Origin: an uncultured Bacilli bacterium
Lineage (GTDB): Bacteria > Bacillota_I > Bacilli_A > RF39 > UBA660
NCBI GenBank assembly: GCA_963931185.1
Contig: OZ006981.1
Span: 79,311 to 143,310, forward strand
Direction of reading: 5' to 3'
DNA: 64,000 nt
Notes under the pieces: generated by a model
The model's database searches: none
Told to the model about the DNA's origin: nothing
The model's input: the letters and a program-made list of their open reading frames with translations, nothing else
In this document: in pieces, positions 9,379 through 22,489 of the stretch
How the letters are laid out: each line of letters begins with the position of its first letter
Numbering within the stretch: position 1 is the stretch's first letter
Translations under genes and position numbers: made by a program

Positions 9379-11235
9379 CTATTTTTTTATATTATTAAAT
9401 ATATCATCTAATTTTACTTTTATTTGCTCTTTAGTAAAAGGTTTAGAAATATAATCTATAAATCCCTCAGATTTATATTTTTCTTCAGCACCTACTATCG
9501 CATCAGCTGTTAAAGCCATAACTGGTGTATTAAAATCATCAAGCTTTAAAAGTTCTTTCAATGCTGTTTCACCTCCCATAATAGGCATCATTATATCCAT
9601 TAAAATGATATCATATTTTTTACCATTTTTAATAAGGCTTAAACATTCTTGACCATTATAACATTCATCTACAATTTTAAATTTTAATGGTTCAATATTT
9701 CTTCTAGCAACTTTGACATTTAATTTATTATCATCAACTATTAGTATTGACATATTTGTATAATCTACATTTTTACTATTAAACTTCTCATAAATTTTTG
9801 AAGTTCTTATTATTTGAGTATCAGTAATTGATCTTGAAATGCATCCTATTCTTTGTGGTAACTGAACTACAAATATTGAACCTTTTCCAAATTGTGACTC
9901 AACATTGATTTTTCCACCCATAAGTTCTACCAATTTTTTTGTAATAGCAAGACCAAGTCCTGTACCTTCAATATTAGTATTTATTTCAGTATCTAGCCTT
10001 TCAAATTTATTAAATAATTTATTTATATTTTCTGATTTAATTCCTCGACCAGTATCTTTACAGCTAATAATTAAATTACATATATTATTTTGATTTATAC
10101 ATTTAACAGTTAATTCAACTATTCCATTATCTGTGTATTTAATTGCGTTACTAAGTAAGTTATTAATAATTTCTTTAATATGAGATTTATCGCCAATTAA
10201 TTCATATGGAATATCTTCAGCAAAATTGGTTTTTAATTCTAAAGGTTTATCACCAATTCTAACTGAATTTAGTCTTGTTAGTGCTTCAACTTCTTTTTTT
10301 AAATTATATGGAACTTCTATTATTTCCATTTTGTCGGACTCTATTTTATTAATATCTATTATATTACCAACAATTTCAAGTAAAGTATGAGAAGCAGCTA
10401 CAATGTCACTTAAATCTTCTTTTATATCATCTGGACAGTTTTCATTTAATGCTATATCCTCGGACAATCCAACAATAGCATTTAAAGGCGTTCTTATCTC
10501 ATGTGACATACTAGATAAAAAATATGATTTAGCCATATTAGCTTTTTCAGCATTGTTTTTTGCTATATTTAATTCTGCAATCATTTTAATATCAGGATTT
10601 TCAATTGTATGATACATTAGCCATAAAATATAAGAATAAAAAAAACCTTCAAAAATCAATTCAGGATAGAATCTTCGTAAGTAAAAGCTCAAAAAATATA
10701 GTACTATTAGAATCAAAAATGGATATAATTTAGTAATACTATCATGCTTTATCATTAAATACAAGCTTAAAATAATAAATGTTAAAAAAGTAATTATTGA
10801 ATAAATAATAGTAATATTATATGATAAACCTTCACCATCTAAAACATTATCATAATATATAACATTTAAAGGTAAAATAATAATTAAAATAATAGAAATT
10901 GAAGTTAACAACTGAAAGAAAAAACGAATTATTTTTAATTTTTTAATATCTATATTAAAAGTAGCAAAACAATATTTAATAGAAAAATAGTCCATAATTA
11001 TTAAAATACACATATACAATTTTTGAAGGTATTTTACTATAACTAAACTATTTGTTAATTTTGCAACAGCAAAAGCAATTAAACCAACTATAATAAATAT
11101 AATATTAAGAACTAATAATTTTGAATATATATTAACTTCTTTATTAATAATATGTTTTTTCGAAAAAAATATAAAAGAAAGAGTAACAATAATCAATAAA
11201 CCGACAATTGGAAGTAATAAAGCACCCATAAACAA
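9379..11235 (-). CDS. hybrid sensor histidine kinase/response regulator (5-TM sensor, HisKA, HATPase_c, C-terminal receiver)
   Basis: H-box [22 protein letters not shown] boxes ([14 protein letters not shown]) and a receiver domain [10 protein letters not shown]...ILMDIMMP...ALTADA. Paralogue of the kinase at 51231..53075. Confidence 0.85.
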   Translation of the reverse strand: MFMGALLLPIVGLLIIVTLSFIFFSKKHIINKEVNIYSKLLVLNIIFIIVGLIAFAVAKLTNSLVIVKYLQKLYMCILIIMDYFSIKYCFATFNIDIKKLKIIRFFFQLLTSISIILIIILPLNVIYYDNVLDGEGLSYNITIIYSIITFLTFIILSLYLMIKHDSITKLYPFLILIVLYFLSFYLRRFYPELIFEGFFYSYILWLMYHTIENPDIKMIAELNIAKNNAEKANMAKSYFLSSMSHEIRTPLNAIVGLSEDIALNENCPDDIKEDLSDIVAASHTLLEIVGNIIDINKIESDKMEIIEVPYNLKKEVEALTRLNSVRIGDKPLELKTNFAEDIPYELIGDKSHIKEIINNLLSNAIKYTDNGIVELTVKCINQNNICNLIISCKDTGRGIKSENINKLFNKFERLDTEINTNIEGTGLGLAITKKLVELMGGKINVESQFGKGSIFVVQLPQRIGCISRSITDTQIIRTSKIYEKFNSKNVDYTNMSILIVDDNKLNVKVARRNIEPLKFKIVDECYNGQECLSLIKNGKKYDIILMDIMMPIMGGETALKELLKLDDFNTPVMALTADAIVGAEEKYKSEGFIDYISKPFTKEQIKVKLDDIFNNIKK

Positions 11236-11258
11236 ATTCTCCTTCTATTTTAAATCAT

Positions 11259-12329
11259 CTATTTAGTTTTAGATTTTATTTTTTGTTTAAATTTCATTTT
11301 ATCCTTTGCCAAAAAAGCATTATGTTTACCAATATCTAAATTACAAAGAAAAGAAAAAACATCTTCCTCGGTTGCTATGTTTTTGTCATGAAAACTTTCA
11401 CTAATAGCATCTTCTAATGAAAATCCATAGCCATAATTGCATCTATTTACAATCTCATCTTGAAATTCTTGTAAATAATCGTCACTAATACTATCACGAC
11501 TTAATTCTGGTTGACAACATATAATATCCCATTTTAAAGTAGCTAGCTTATCTCTTAATTCATTATTTAATTCTGTAATGCTCTTAGTAGTATCATTAGG
11601 AATTGTATAGTTCTCACCGATATTAAAATAAAAATCATTACCATATTGTTCAATAGCAATTGGAATTATTTCTGCTCCAGTTTCTTTGGCCATGCGAACT
11701 GTGCCATTGAAAATTTTCATAACTACTAGATTTGGTGAAACATTCCAAGCACCTTCAGGATAAATTAATAAATTACCTCCATTATTTAAAAGTTCTATCG
11801 CACGATTATAAGCTATTTTTCTATCTTCTTTATCAGTTGTTTCTAATGGAATAACACCATTCATTTTTAATCCTAGATAAATAAATTTTCTATAAAGTAT
11901 TCCTGGATCCCCTAACATTAAATAAGCAGGATCTTTTATAACTTGAAAACTTCTTTGAATATCATTTCCACCTATATGTGTGCACGCATAAATTTTTGGC
12001 CTATCATTATTAGAATTATGTAAATCATTTATAATGTGAATTTTTTCTTTAGACATTAATTGATCAATCTTCAAAATAGCTGATATAAGAAAATGAATTT
12101 TTTTTCTTAAATTTATACCTTCTAGTCTCTTTCCATTTTTATATTCATATTTTCGAAATTCAGAATAGTATTTCACTAATTCTTCAATTGCTAATTTACG
12201 AAGTTCAATTAAATTAAGATGTTGAAATTCTTGCGTTTCAACTTTTAAAGATTCAATACTATTATCATTATCACTAATTTTTTTATCATTATTACAATCA
12301 TTATTAACATAATTTCCCATAAGATCCAC
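11259..12329 (-). CDS. lysophospholipid acyltransferase family protein (PlsC-like)
   Basis: HX4D motif CTHIGGND and PEG motif LIYPEGAWN. Confidence 0.65.
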   Translation of the reverse strand: MDLMGNYVNNDCNNDKKISDNDNSIESLKVETQEFQHLNLIELRKLAIEELVKYYSEFRKYEYKNGKRLEGINLRKKIHFLISAILKIDQLMSKEKIHIINDLHNSNNDRPKIYACTHIGGNDIQRSFQVIKDPAYLMLGDPGILYRKFIYLGLKMNGVIPLETTDKEDRKIAYNRAIELLNNGGNLLIYPEGAWNVSPNLVVMKIFNGTVRMAKETGAEIIPIAIEQYGNDFYFNIGENYTIPNDTTKSITELNNELRDKLATLKWDIICCQPELSRDSISDDYLQEFQDEIVNRCNYGYGFSLEDAISESFHDKNIATEEDVFSFLCNLDIGKHNAFLAKDKMKFKQKIKSKTK

Positions 12330-12455
12330 CAGCCTTTTACAAATTTTATCTTAATGTTTAAAATATAAAATTACCTTTTGTAAATTTTCAATCAAATTAT
12401 AACATATATAATAAAAAATTAATATACAACTATTATATATTTATATAAAAAACAA

Positions 12456-13805
12456 TTATTTTTGTACTAATACTTTTGTTCCTTTTTCAACACTATAATA
12501 TATATCATCAGCATATTGTTCTGGTATATTTACACAACCATGACTACCGTTATTTTGATAGATTGTTCCACCAAACTTATTTCTCCAATCAGCATCATGT
12601 AATCCAATACCATTATTAAAAGGCATCCAATAGTCAATATGAACATAATAATCTTCACCACTCAAATAAGTATCTGTTTCTTTTTTCCTAATACTATAAA
12701 TACCTGTAGGAGTATCATATTGCCATTTTGTTCCAGTTACAATATCAGTTTCCAAAATTATTTGATTATTATTATAGAGAGTTAATTTTTGAGAACTAAT
12801 ATCTACAACAACAAAAATATTATCTAAGTCTTTAGTTTTATTTTTAGGAATATAACCAATACAATTATTTGCTCTAACTAAATACTGATCACCAAAATCT
12901 GCTAATACTTCACATGTTTCATATTTACTAATTTCATAAAGTGGAAATGAATTATTATTTTGCTCATTTTTTAATTCGATTTGATCTGTTGCATATACAA
13001 CTTTAAAAAAATCATCACGATAACCATCTTCTGGATTAAAAGTTACATATTTATCACTTATATATCCAGTCTGATCATTATATATAATTTTAAACCAACC
13101 ATTATCTTCCTGTGATAATATTTCAAATTTTTCATCTTTATTAATTGTTTCTATTTTATCAGAATTAACTGTTGGATCAATTCTAAAATTAACATTGGTA
13201 GTAACATAACCATAAAGTTTTCCATCAGAATTGTTATTAAAATTAATATTTTCTTTATAATCAACAAACTCAGAAGAAACATAACCAATTTGTCCATTAT
13301 AAGAAACTAAATACCAATTATCGTTAGTTTTTCCAATTACTTCGGCAATACAACCATTAGCTATACCACCGATTATTTTATCATTGGTACTAGGTCCTAA
13401 TCTTAAATTAATACCAGTATTAGCTATAACAAATCCATTTTTATTTTCTATTAATAATTCATCATTAGAGTCATTAGAAAATTTTATAAAATCTCCTTGA
13501 ACAAATCCTAATTTATCATTATAAATAACTAAATTCCAGTTATCATTTGCTGATAATATTCGTTTTAATTGAACATTATCGTTAATTGTACATATAATTT
13601 CACCAAATAAACTATCATCATTTCTCAAATTTACACTATCAATTGTAGTAACATAGTCATTTCTCATTATAAATTGTTCAGTGTCATCTGCACTTACTTT
13701 TAATTTTTTATTACCTATTTCTCCATGGAAAACTAAAGTTGAAGTTAACAACAGTAACAATAACTTTTTTTTCACATTTAAGTTTTTAATTTTTGCTTTT
13801 TCCAT
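12456..13805 (-). CDS. secreted L,D-transpeptidase with SH3b-like repeats
   Basis: Signal peptide, three NW..V.YN...G(F/Y)V SH3_3-like repeats and a C-terminal YkuD domain with catalytic H...GSHGC. Confidence 0.8.
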   Translation of the reverse strand: MEKAKIKNLNVKKKLLLLLLTSTLVFHGEIGNKKLKVSADDTEQFIMRNDYVTTIDSVNLRNDDSLFGEIICTINDNVQLKRILSANDNWNLVIYNDKLGFVQGDFIKFSNDSNDELLIENKNGFVIANTGINLRLGPSTNDKIIGGIANGCIAEVIGKTNDNWYLVSYNGQIGYVSSEFVDYKENINFNNNSDGKLYGYVTTNVNFRIDPTVNSDKIETINKDEKFEILSQEDNGWFKIIYNDQTGYISDKYVTFNPEDGYRDDFFKVVYATDQIELKNEQNNNSFPLYEISKYETCEVLADFGDQYLVRANNCIGYIPKNKTKDLDNIFVVVDISSQKLTLYNNNQIILETDIVTGTKWQYDTPTGIYSIRKKETDTYLSGEDYYVHIDYWMPFNNGIGLHDADWRNKFGGTIYQNNGSHGCVNIPEQYADDIYYSVEKGTKVLVQK

Positions 13806-13867
13806 AGAAATTCCCCTTTTGAATAGTGTAGATTATACCACAAAAATCAAATAAATTCAATTTAATA

Positions 13868-13894
13868 ATAAAAAAAAGATGAAAAATTTCATCT
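13868..13894 (-). terminator. rho-independent terminator after dnaJ
   Basis: Minus-strand stem agatgaaa/tttcatct followed by U-run (A-run 13870-13877 on plus strand). Confidence 0.5.
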
Positions 13895-15013
13895 CTAATC
13901 ATTATATCTTGTAAATTTATCAAAAGAATCAACTTTACTATCAGTTAAATCTGTATCATTAAGTGACTCAAACAAACGTTTTTGATCCCTAGATAATTTT
14001 TTAGGAATTCTAACATCTAATATAATATACATATCACCTTTAGTTCTAGCTGATTCATTATCAACGCCTTTACCCTTTATTCTTTGTTTGTCACCACTAT
14101 TACTTCCAGCTGGAATAGATAACTTAATATTACCATATATCGTAGGAATTTCTTTTTTACATCCTAAAACAGCTTCTGTAATTGTAATTGGTACCTTTAA
14201 ATAAAGATCATCTCCATCACGTTGATAAAAATCATGTTCAGAAACAACAAACTCTAAATACAAATCTCCATTAGCTCCGCCATTAATACCAGCTTCACCT
14301 TTTCCAGATAATCTTAATCTATTACCAGTATCTACTCCTTTAGGAATACTAACAGTTATTGTTTTGTTCTTAGTAACTACTCCACTTCCATGACAACTAG
14401 AACATGTTTCTTTGTAACTTTTACCTTTTCCGTGACATTTACTACAAGTTGTTTTTGACATAAAAGTTCCAAACAAAGTTCTTTGTTCTGTTGTTATTGT
14501 TCCACTACCATGGCACATTGAACACGTTGTCTCTTCAAATCCCCCTTTTCCATGGCACTCATCGCAAACCTCGCTAACATTCAATTTTAAATCTTTTTCG
14601 CAGCCAAATACTGCTTCTTCAAAAGATAAATTTATACGCATTAAACGGTCGCTACCATCTCTTGCTCTAGTTGTAGAACTACTTCTAGTTGAACCACCGA
14701 AACCAAAACCAGAACCAAAAATACTATCAAAAATATCACTAAAATCAAACCCAGAGGCATCAAATCCACCACCATAACCACCAGATGCATTTTCAAAGGC
14801 AGCATGACCAAATTGATCATATTGTTTACGTTTTGCATCATCAGACAAAACGGCATAAGCTTCCTGAATTTCTTTAAATTTTTCTTCAGCGTTAGCTTCC
14901 TTCGAAACATCAGGATGATATTTTTTAGCTAATTTTCTAAATGCACTTTTAATTTCAGCCTCAGTTGCATCTTTAGACACACCTAAGACTTCGTAATAAT
15001 CTTTTTTACTCAT
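13895..15013 (-). CDS. dnaJ: molecular chaperone DnaJ
   Basis: J-domain with HPD (KKYHPDVSK), a G/F-rich linker and four CxxCxGxG zinc-finger repeats. Start chosen at [12 protein letters not shown] with GGAGG RBS, since the ORF-track start lies further upstream inside pepF. Confidence 0.9.
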   Translation of the reverse strand: MSKKDYYEVLGVSKDATEAEIKSAFRKLAKKYHPDVSKEANAEEKFKEIQEAYAVLSDDAKRKQYDQFGHAAFENASGGYGGGFDASGFDFSDIFDSIFGSGFGFGGSTRSSSTTRARDGSDRLMRINLSFEEAVFGCEKDLKLNVSEVCDECHGKGGFEETTCSMCHGSGTITTEQRTLFGTFMSKTTCSKCHGKGKSYKETCSSCHGSGVVTKNKTITVSIPKGVDTGNRLRLSGKGEAGINGGANGDLYLEFVVSEHDFYQRDGDDLYLKVPITITEAVLGCKKEIPTIYGNIKLSIPAGSNSGDKQRIKGKGVDNESARTKGDMYIILDVRIPKKLSRDQKRLFESLNDTDLTDSKVDSFDKFTRYND

Positions 15014-16832
15014 TTCCTCCACCACTTCTTTTATACTCATTATAAGTTTTTTCAAACTTATCTACTATATCAGAAAACATTTTTATAGCATTATCGCATA
15101 TTTCTTTTTTCGTTAAATCCACACCAGTAATTTTCAATTGTTCATTTGGAGCAATTCTTCCTCCTTGCTTTAAAAATTCAATATAATTTTTAACAGCATC
15201 TTTTTTACCAGATAAAATAGAATTAACAATATAACAAGCCGCTGATAAACCAGTTGCATATTTATACATGTAAAAATTATAGTATAAATGAGGCATTCTT
15301 TCCCATTCATATTTAATTTCATCATCTATAATTACGTCATTACCAAAATATTTTTGATTTAATTTATAAAATTCATCACACATAATATCAGAAGTAAGAC
15401 TTTCTTCTTTTTCTACTTTTTCATATAAAAATCTTTCAAATTCCTCATACATAGTTTGTCTATATATAGTAGCTTTAAACAAACTCATAAGTCTATCCAT
15501 AACATAAAGCTTTTCTTCAATATCTTTAGAATTATCAATTATATATCTAGCTAATAATAGTTCATTAACAGTCGACGCAACTTCTGCTACTACAATTGAA
15601 TATTGATTATATACATAAGGATTGTTATTCCTTGAATAATAACTATGTATTGAATGTCCAATTTCATGAATTAACGTAGATACATCATTAAACTCTTCTT
15701 GAAAGTTAGTTAAAATATATGGTTTAGTATCATATCCACCACCAGAAAAAGCTCCACCTGTTTTGCCTTTATTTGGCATAACATCAATCCAATGTTCTGA
15801 AAAAGCCTTATCCACATATGAAGAATACTCGCTACCAAAAACTTTTAAGACGTCTTTTATAATTTTTTGTGCATCTTCATAACTATATTTTTTATCATAC
15901 TTTTCAATTAAATTTGCATATGTATCATAAATATGAAAATCTTTAATATTTAAAATTTCTTTTTTTATTCTAAAATATTTATATAGTGGTTCTAAACCAT
16001 TACTAACACTTTCTATCAAAGAGTCAAATACTTTAATTGGTAGTTCATTAGAATACATAGCAGCATCTAAACTGCTTTTATATCCTCTTATCTTTTCTAA
16101 TGTTGCTACTGTTTTAATCTCTTTTTCTAAACAATTAGAAAGAGTTGTTTTATATTGTTTATAAACGCCATAAAGAGTTGTAAAGGCTTCTTGTCTTACG
16201 CGTCTATCCTTAGATTTAATAAATAAAGAAAAATTAGTATTAGTAAGTTCTACTTTATTACCATCTTCATCTGTAATATAACCAAAATCAATATCTGAAT
16301 CAGTCAAATTAGAAAAAATTGTCTCATTATCTGCAATAGCTTTTTGCATTTTTGCTAATAATTTTTCTTCTACTTCACTTAACATATATTTTTTATAACG
16401 AAAACTCTTATTAAAATAAGTTTCATATTCTTTTAATTTTGGATACTCCTCATACATTTTCTCTATTACATCATAATCTAAGCTTAATAACTTAGAATCA
16501 TAATACGAAACGGTTTGACTAAACTTAATGTTTAGATTTTCTATTTTATTTAAAAGTTCAATTGAAGAAGATTTAGTAATATCTTCATTGTATGTAAGAT
16601 GGGCATAGACATACATTTTTTCGATAATTCTAGAATTTTTTAATATTTCTGTCGTAGTAGTATATAAATCTTTAGCACTATTTAACATTGTATTTTCGTA
16701 GCTAGATAATTTTTTTAATTCATTTTCAACTTCTATATAATCATCATTAAACTCATCTAACCCACTATATATTAAAGATAAATCCCATTTATACTTATTA
16801 TCTACTTCACTTCTAGCTTTTATTTTATTCAT
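15006..16832 (-). CDS. pepF: oligoendopeptidase F (M3B family)
   Basis: 608 aa with [11 protein letters not shown] zinc-binding HEXXH and the M3B fold pattern. Its 3' end overlaps the dnaJ start by 8 nt. Confidence 0.85.
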   Translation of the reverse strand: MNKIKARSEVDNKYKWDLSLIYSGLDEFNDDYIEVENELKKLSSYENTMLNSAKDLYTTTTEILKNSRIIEKMYVYAHLTYNEDITKSSSIELLNKIENLNIKFSQTVSYYDSKLLSLDYDVIEKMYEEYPKLKEYETYFNKSFRYKKYMLSEVEEKLLAKMQKAIADNETIFSNLTDSDIDFGYITDEDGNKVELTNTNFSLFIKSKDRRVRQEAFTTLYGVYKQYKTTLSNCLEKEIKTVATLEKIRGYKSSLDAAMYSNELPIKVFDSLIESVSNGLEPLYKYFRIKKEILNIKDFHIYDTYANLIEKYDKKYSYEDAQKIIKDVLKVFGSEYSSYVDKAFSEHWIDVMPNKGKTGGAFSGGGYDTKPYILTNFQEEFNDVSTLIHEIGHSIHSYYSRNNNPYVYNQYSIVVAEVASTVNELLLARYIIDNSKDIEEKLYVMDRLMSLFKATIYRQTMYEEFERFLYEKVEKEESLTSDIMCDEFYKLNQKYFGNDVIIDDEIKYEWERMPHLYYNFYMYKYATGLSAACYIVNSILSGKKDAVKNYIEFLKQGGRIAPNEQLKITGVDLTKKEICDNAIKMFSDIVDKFEKTYNEYKRSGGGNE

Positions 16833-16885
16833 ATTTTCTCCTTTATAGAAGTAAAGTTCTAGATAAAACTAGAACTCCTTCACAA

Positions 16886-19311
<2,426 letters not shown>

Positions 19312-19320
19312 ATTATCTCC

Positions 19321-20310
19321 TTATTTATTTTCAATATTATTTTTAATAAACTCTAATAAATTAACAACTCTATCATATTCCATACGTTTTGGACCGATAA
19401 TAGCAATCGTACCTTCTTCTTTATCAGTTTTATATTTCGTCTTAATCATTGTCATATCATCATCAATATTACTCTCTTTACCAATATAAATTTTTATATT
19501 ATTGTCATCACCATTTTCCACAATGCTTTCAATATTACTATCATCTAACTTATCCATTATGTTTCTCACTTTTTCCACATTGCTGAACTCTGGAAGTTTT
19601 AAAATGTTTTTCTTTCCTACAACATCAACATTAGTTGTCGTAAAATTAGTAAATACATTATAAAAAACATTATAAAGTCGTTCATGTTCTTTTACATAAT
19701 TGCCAATAATCGGTTTAACTTCAAATTCTAATTTTGATGATACTTCATCTATAGGTGTTCCAACAATTAAATTGTTTATCAAATTAACAGTTTTCTTTAT
19801 TTCATCTAAACTTATTCCTTGAACATTAATAGTTTTATGTTCAACAAAACCTTTATCAGTAATTACAATTACAGTCATAGAATTATCCGTTAAAGGAACA
19901 ATATTAACTTCTTTTAAAGTATTATCATGGGATTTAGTTCCAAGAACTACTGAAGTATAACTTGTAATATCAGATACAATCTCTAAACTTTTTTTAAGGC
20001 AATCTGATAACTCTAACTGCGTATTGTTAAATATCAATTTCAATTTCAACATATCTTCAGCACTTATTTCTTTAAGTTTCATCAAATTATCTACATAATA
20101 TCTATAACCTTTTTCGCTAGGAACTCTTCCGCTTGATGTATGCGTTTTCTCTAGTAATCCTAACTCTTCTAACTCAGCCATTTCGCTTCTAACTGTAGCA
20201 CTAGAACATTTTAATCTATCGCAAATCAAATTAGAACTAACAGGTTTAGCAAGATTAATATATTCTAAGACGATAAGTTTCAAGATTTCATTTTGTCTAT
20301 CTGTTAACAC
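19321..20310 (-). CDS. hrcA: heat-inducible transcription repressor HrcA
   Basis: N-terminal winged HTH MLTDRQNEILKLIVLEYI; position upstream of grpE-dnaK. Confidence 0.85.
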   Translation of the reverse strand: MLTDRQNEILKLIVLEYINLAKPVSSNLICDRLKCSSATVRSEMAELEELGLLEKTHTSSGRVPSEKGYRYYVDNLMKLKEISAEDMLKLKLIFNNTQLELSDCLKKSLEIVSDITSYTSVVLGTKSHDNTLKEVNIVPLTDNSMTVIVITDKGFVEHKTINVQGISLDEIKKTVNLINNLIVGTPIDEVSSKLEFEVKPIIGNYVKEHERLYNVFYNVFTNFTTTNVDVVGKKNILKLPEFSNVEKVRNIMDKLDDSNIESIVENGDDNNIKIYIGKESNIDDDMTMIKTKYKTDKEEGTIAIIGPKRMEYDRVVNLLEFIKNNIENK

Positions 20311-20320
20311 AAAACACCTC

Positions 20321-20347
20321 CTAGCACTTCTTTTTTTACAGTGCTAG
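20321..20347. promoter_or_regulatory. CIRCE-like operator (ctagcact-N11-agtgctag), first copy
   Basis: Inverted repeat matching the core of CIRCE TTAGCACTC-N9-GAGTGCTAA, directly upstream of hrcA. Confidence 0.55.
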
Positions 20348-20366
20348 ATACATTATAATATTATGC

Positions 20367-20394
20367 TTAGCACTTGTCAATATATGACTGCTAA
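20367..20394. promoter_or_regulatory. CIRCE operator, second copy (ttagcactt-N10-gactgctaa)
   Basis: 8/9 + 8/9 match to the CIRCE consensus, upstream of the hrcA operon. Confidence 0.6.
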
Positions 20395-20403
20395 TTTTTT
20401 TTA

Positions 20404-20437
20404 AAAAAATAAAAAAACTGTATTATCATACAGTTTT
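20404..20437 (-). terminator. rho-independent terminator after BI-1 family gene
   Basis: Stem aaactgta/tacagttt followed, on the minus strand, by a long U tract. Confidence 0.4.
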
Positions 20438-20455
20438 AATAATATAATTAACGCT

Positions 20456-21106
20456 TTAATCCTTAGAATTCCCAAAAAGATTTAACAAATCAATAAAAAT
20501 ATTTATAAAATCTAAATATAAAGAAAAAGCTCCAATAATTGCTAAATTCCTATTTTCTAATGTACCTTCACTTCTTAAAATACGCTGAATGTCATATGCA
20601 ACATATCCTAAAAATATTATTATGCCAAGAATACATCCAATCATGTCTATAGTATCATTTGCTATAAAAATATTAATTAAATATAAAATTAAAATACCTA
20701 CTAGTCCCATAAAAAGATAAATACCAAACTTAGATAAATCTATCTTTGTAAATTTTCCTATTAATGCAAATATACCAAATAATAATGCAGTAACTAAAAA
20801 AACCACTATTATCGATGCCATTTCATACGCCACAAAAATTAATGAAAGTGTTAATCCAGTTAAAAATGTATAAAACAAATATAAACATGTTGCTGTAATA
20901 CCTTTCATTTTCCCAATTCTAATCGATAAAACACCAGCAAGAATTAATTCTACAATTACAAAAATCCAATAAAAACCTCCAGAATATATATTAATTAACA
21001 TATTAGTATTAATTGATACAACATATGCTGAAACAAATGTAATTAATAATCCTAAAAACATCCAACCAAATACCTGAGGTAAAATTTTTTTCCTCAAACC
21101 AATCAT
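20456..21106 (-). CDS. Bax inhibitor-1/YccA family membrane protein
   Basis: 7-TM 216-aa protein. C-terminal signature GAFSLYLDFINIFIDLLNLFG matches the BI-1 family LYLD..N.F motif. Confidence 0.6.
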   Translation of the reverse strand: MIGLRKKILPQVFGWMFLGLLITFVSAYVVSINTNMLINIYSGGFYWIFVIVELILAGVLSIRIGKMKGITATCLYLFYTFLTGLTLSLIFVAYEMASIIVVFLVTALLFGIFALIGKFTKIDLSKFGIYLFMGLVGILILYLINIFIANDTIDMIGCILGIIIFLGYVAYDIQRILRSEGTLENRNLAIIGAFSLYLDFINIFIDLLNLFGNSKD

Positions 21107-21159
21107 ACTCCTTCCTAAAGTATATTAAAATATTAACATATATAGTACTAATTGTCAAT

Positions 21160-21192
21160 TTTATGCAATATAAAAGAGACTTAAGGTCTCTT
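21160..21192 (-). terminator. hairpin terminator at end of spoIVB
   Basis: aagagac-ttaa-ggtctctt stem-loop overlapping the stop codon. Confidence 0.35.
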
Positions 21193-22171
21193 AATTTTCT
21201 CCTTCTTTTAACATTGTAGTTATAAATATTCCATAACCTTTATTATTGTCATTCACAATAGCATGAGTAACTGCTCCAACTAACTTATCATTTTGAACAA
21301 TTGGACTACCACTCATTCCTTTAATAACACCATTAGTTTTATCAATTAACTTTTGATCTGTAATTTCAAACAAAATATTTTTAGTAACAGTATCTTTATT
21401 TATCTTTAAAATATTTATCTCAAATTTTTCTATTTTATTTCCTTGTAATACTGTATAGATATAAGCCTTACCAAGTTTTACTTCATTGGGTTCTGCTATA
21501 TTAATTAAATCATCTGTATTTATAGTTTCAGTATAAGTACCATAAATTCCCTTTGTAGTATTTTCACTAATAGTACCATAAACTTTACTTGAATCGAATA
21601 TAGCATTCTTTTCACCAGTAGTAGTTATTGTACTTTTAGTATTTCCGGTTATTTCAGCTTTAAATATTTTTCCATCAGTAATTTCTACTATATTATTAGT
21701 TGAACTAGTTATTTCATGTCCTAAGGCACCATATATTTTACTGTCAGGATCAATATAAGTTAAAGTTCCGATACCAGTAATCTGATCTTTTATATAAAGA
21801 CCTGTTTTATATGTATTATTTTCTTTAACTAAATTTAATTTGAAATTTAAATATTCACTATTACGAAGAACAGTTATATTTACAGAATCATTTTTCATTT
21901 TTTCATTTATAAGTTCAACCATTTCATTGATACTACTTATTTGAACATTTTCAATATGTGTTATTTTATCACCAATTTTTATTCCCATGTCTTTTGCAGT
22001 ATACTTTCCATCTACTTTGTAAAAACCTACAACTTCTATTTCTTTTGTATTAACAGTTATTCCAATATTATTTCCACCTAAAATAACCTTATCAGAATAT
22101 GCTAATATATTAGTAGGAATAAATATAATTAAAAAAGAGAACAATAATAGTAGTTTTTTCTTAAAATTCAT
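21191..22171 (-). CDS. spoIVB: SpoIVB peptidase (S55 serine peptidase with PDZ domain)
   Basis: Signal/TM N-terminus, a PDZ region (GIKIGDKITHIEN) and an S55 domain with the GHEIT...catalytic region and GMSGSPIV serine motif. Confidence 0.75.
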   Translation of the reverse strand: MNFKKKLLLLFSFLIIFIPTNILAYSDKVILGGNNIGITVNTKEIEVVGFYKVDGKYTAKDMGIKIGDKITHIENVQISSINEMVELINEKMKNDSVNITVLRNSEYLNFKLNLVKENNTYKTGLYIKDQITGIGTLTYIDPDSKIYGALGHEITSSTNNIVEITDGKIFKAEITGNTKSTITTTGEKNAIFDSSKVYGTISENTTKGIYGTYTETINTDDLINIAEPNEVKLGKAYIYTVLQGNKIEKFEINILKINKDTVTKNILFEITDQKLIDKTNGVIKGMSGSPIVQNDKLVGAVTHAIVNDNNKGYGIFITTMLKEGEN

Positions 22172-22252
22172 GAATTCATCTCCTTTTAATAAAACTACAT
22201 TATTATTATTATTATTTTTTAATAAAATAAACTTGGAAATTATTAGAAAAAA

Positions 22253-22477
22253 TTAGTCATTTTCTATTGAAAAGTCTTCTAATTTCCCATTCTCACTTAA
22301 AATCTTATTAACATTTTCTTCAGCATTTTTTAATTTTTCGTCACATATTTTGACTAAATTCATAGCCTCATTAAATTTATTTATTGCATCATCCAATGGA
22401 ACATTTCCATTTTCTAAATCTTTGACAATTAATTCAAGATTTTTAATAGATTCTTCAAAATTAGTATTTACTGCCAT
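22253..22477 (-). CDS. xseB: exodeoxyribonuclease VII small subunit
   Basis: 74-aa helical protein directly downstream of xseA, with the FEESIKNLELIVKDLENGNVPLDDAINKFNEAMNL XseB pattern. Confidence 0.8.
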   Translation of the reverse strand: MAVNTNFEESIKNLELIVKDLENGNVPLDDAINKFNEAMNLVKICDEKLKNAEENVNKILSENGKLEDFSIEND

Positions 22478-22489
22478 TTTTTACCTCCA

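Noticed and set aside
14641-14910. Plus/minus-strand overlapping ORFs from the six-frame track (14641..14910, 22887..23165, 25249..25620, 29019..29501, 35474..35761, 8097..8681, 9905..10093, 10403..10612, 52262..52534 and others)
   Set aside because: Each lies entirely inside, and antisense to or out of frame with, a well-supported conserved gene (dnaJ, xseA, obg, tkt, SPFH protein, rarA, the hybrid kinases). They have AT-rich low-complexity translations and no RBS.
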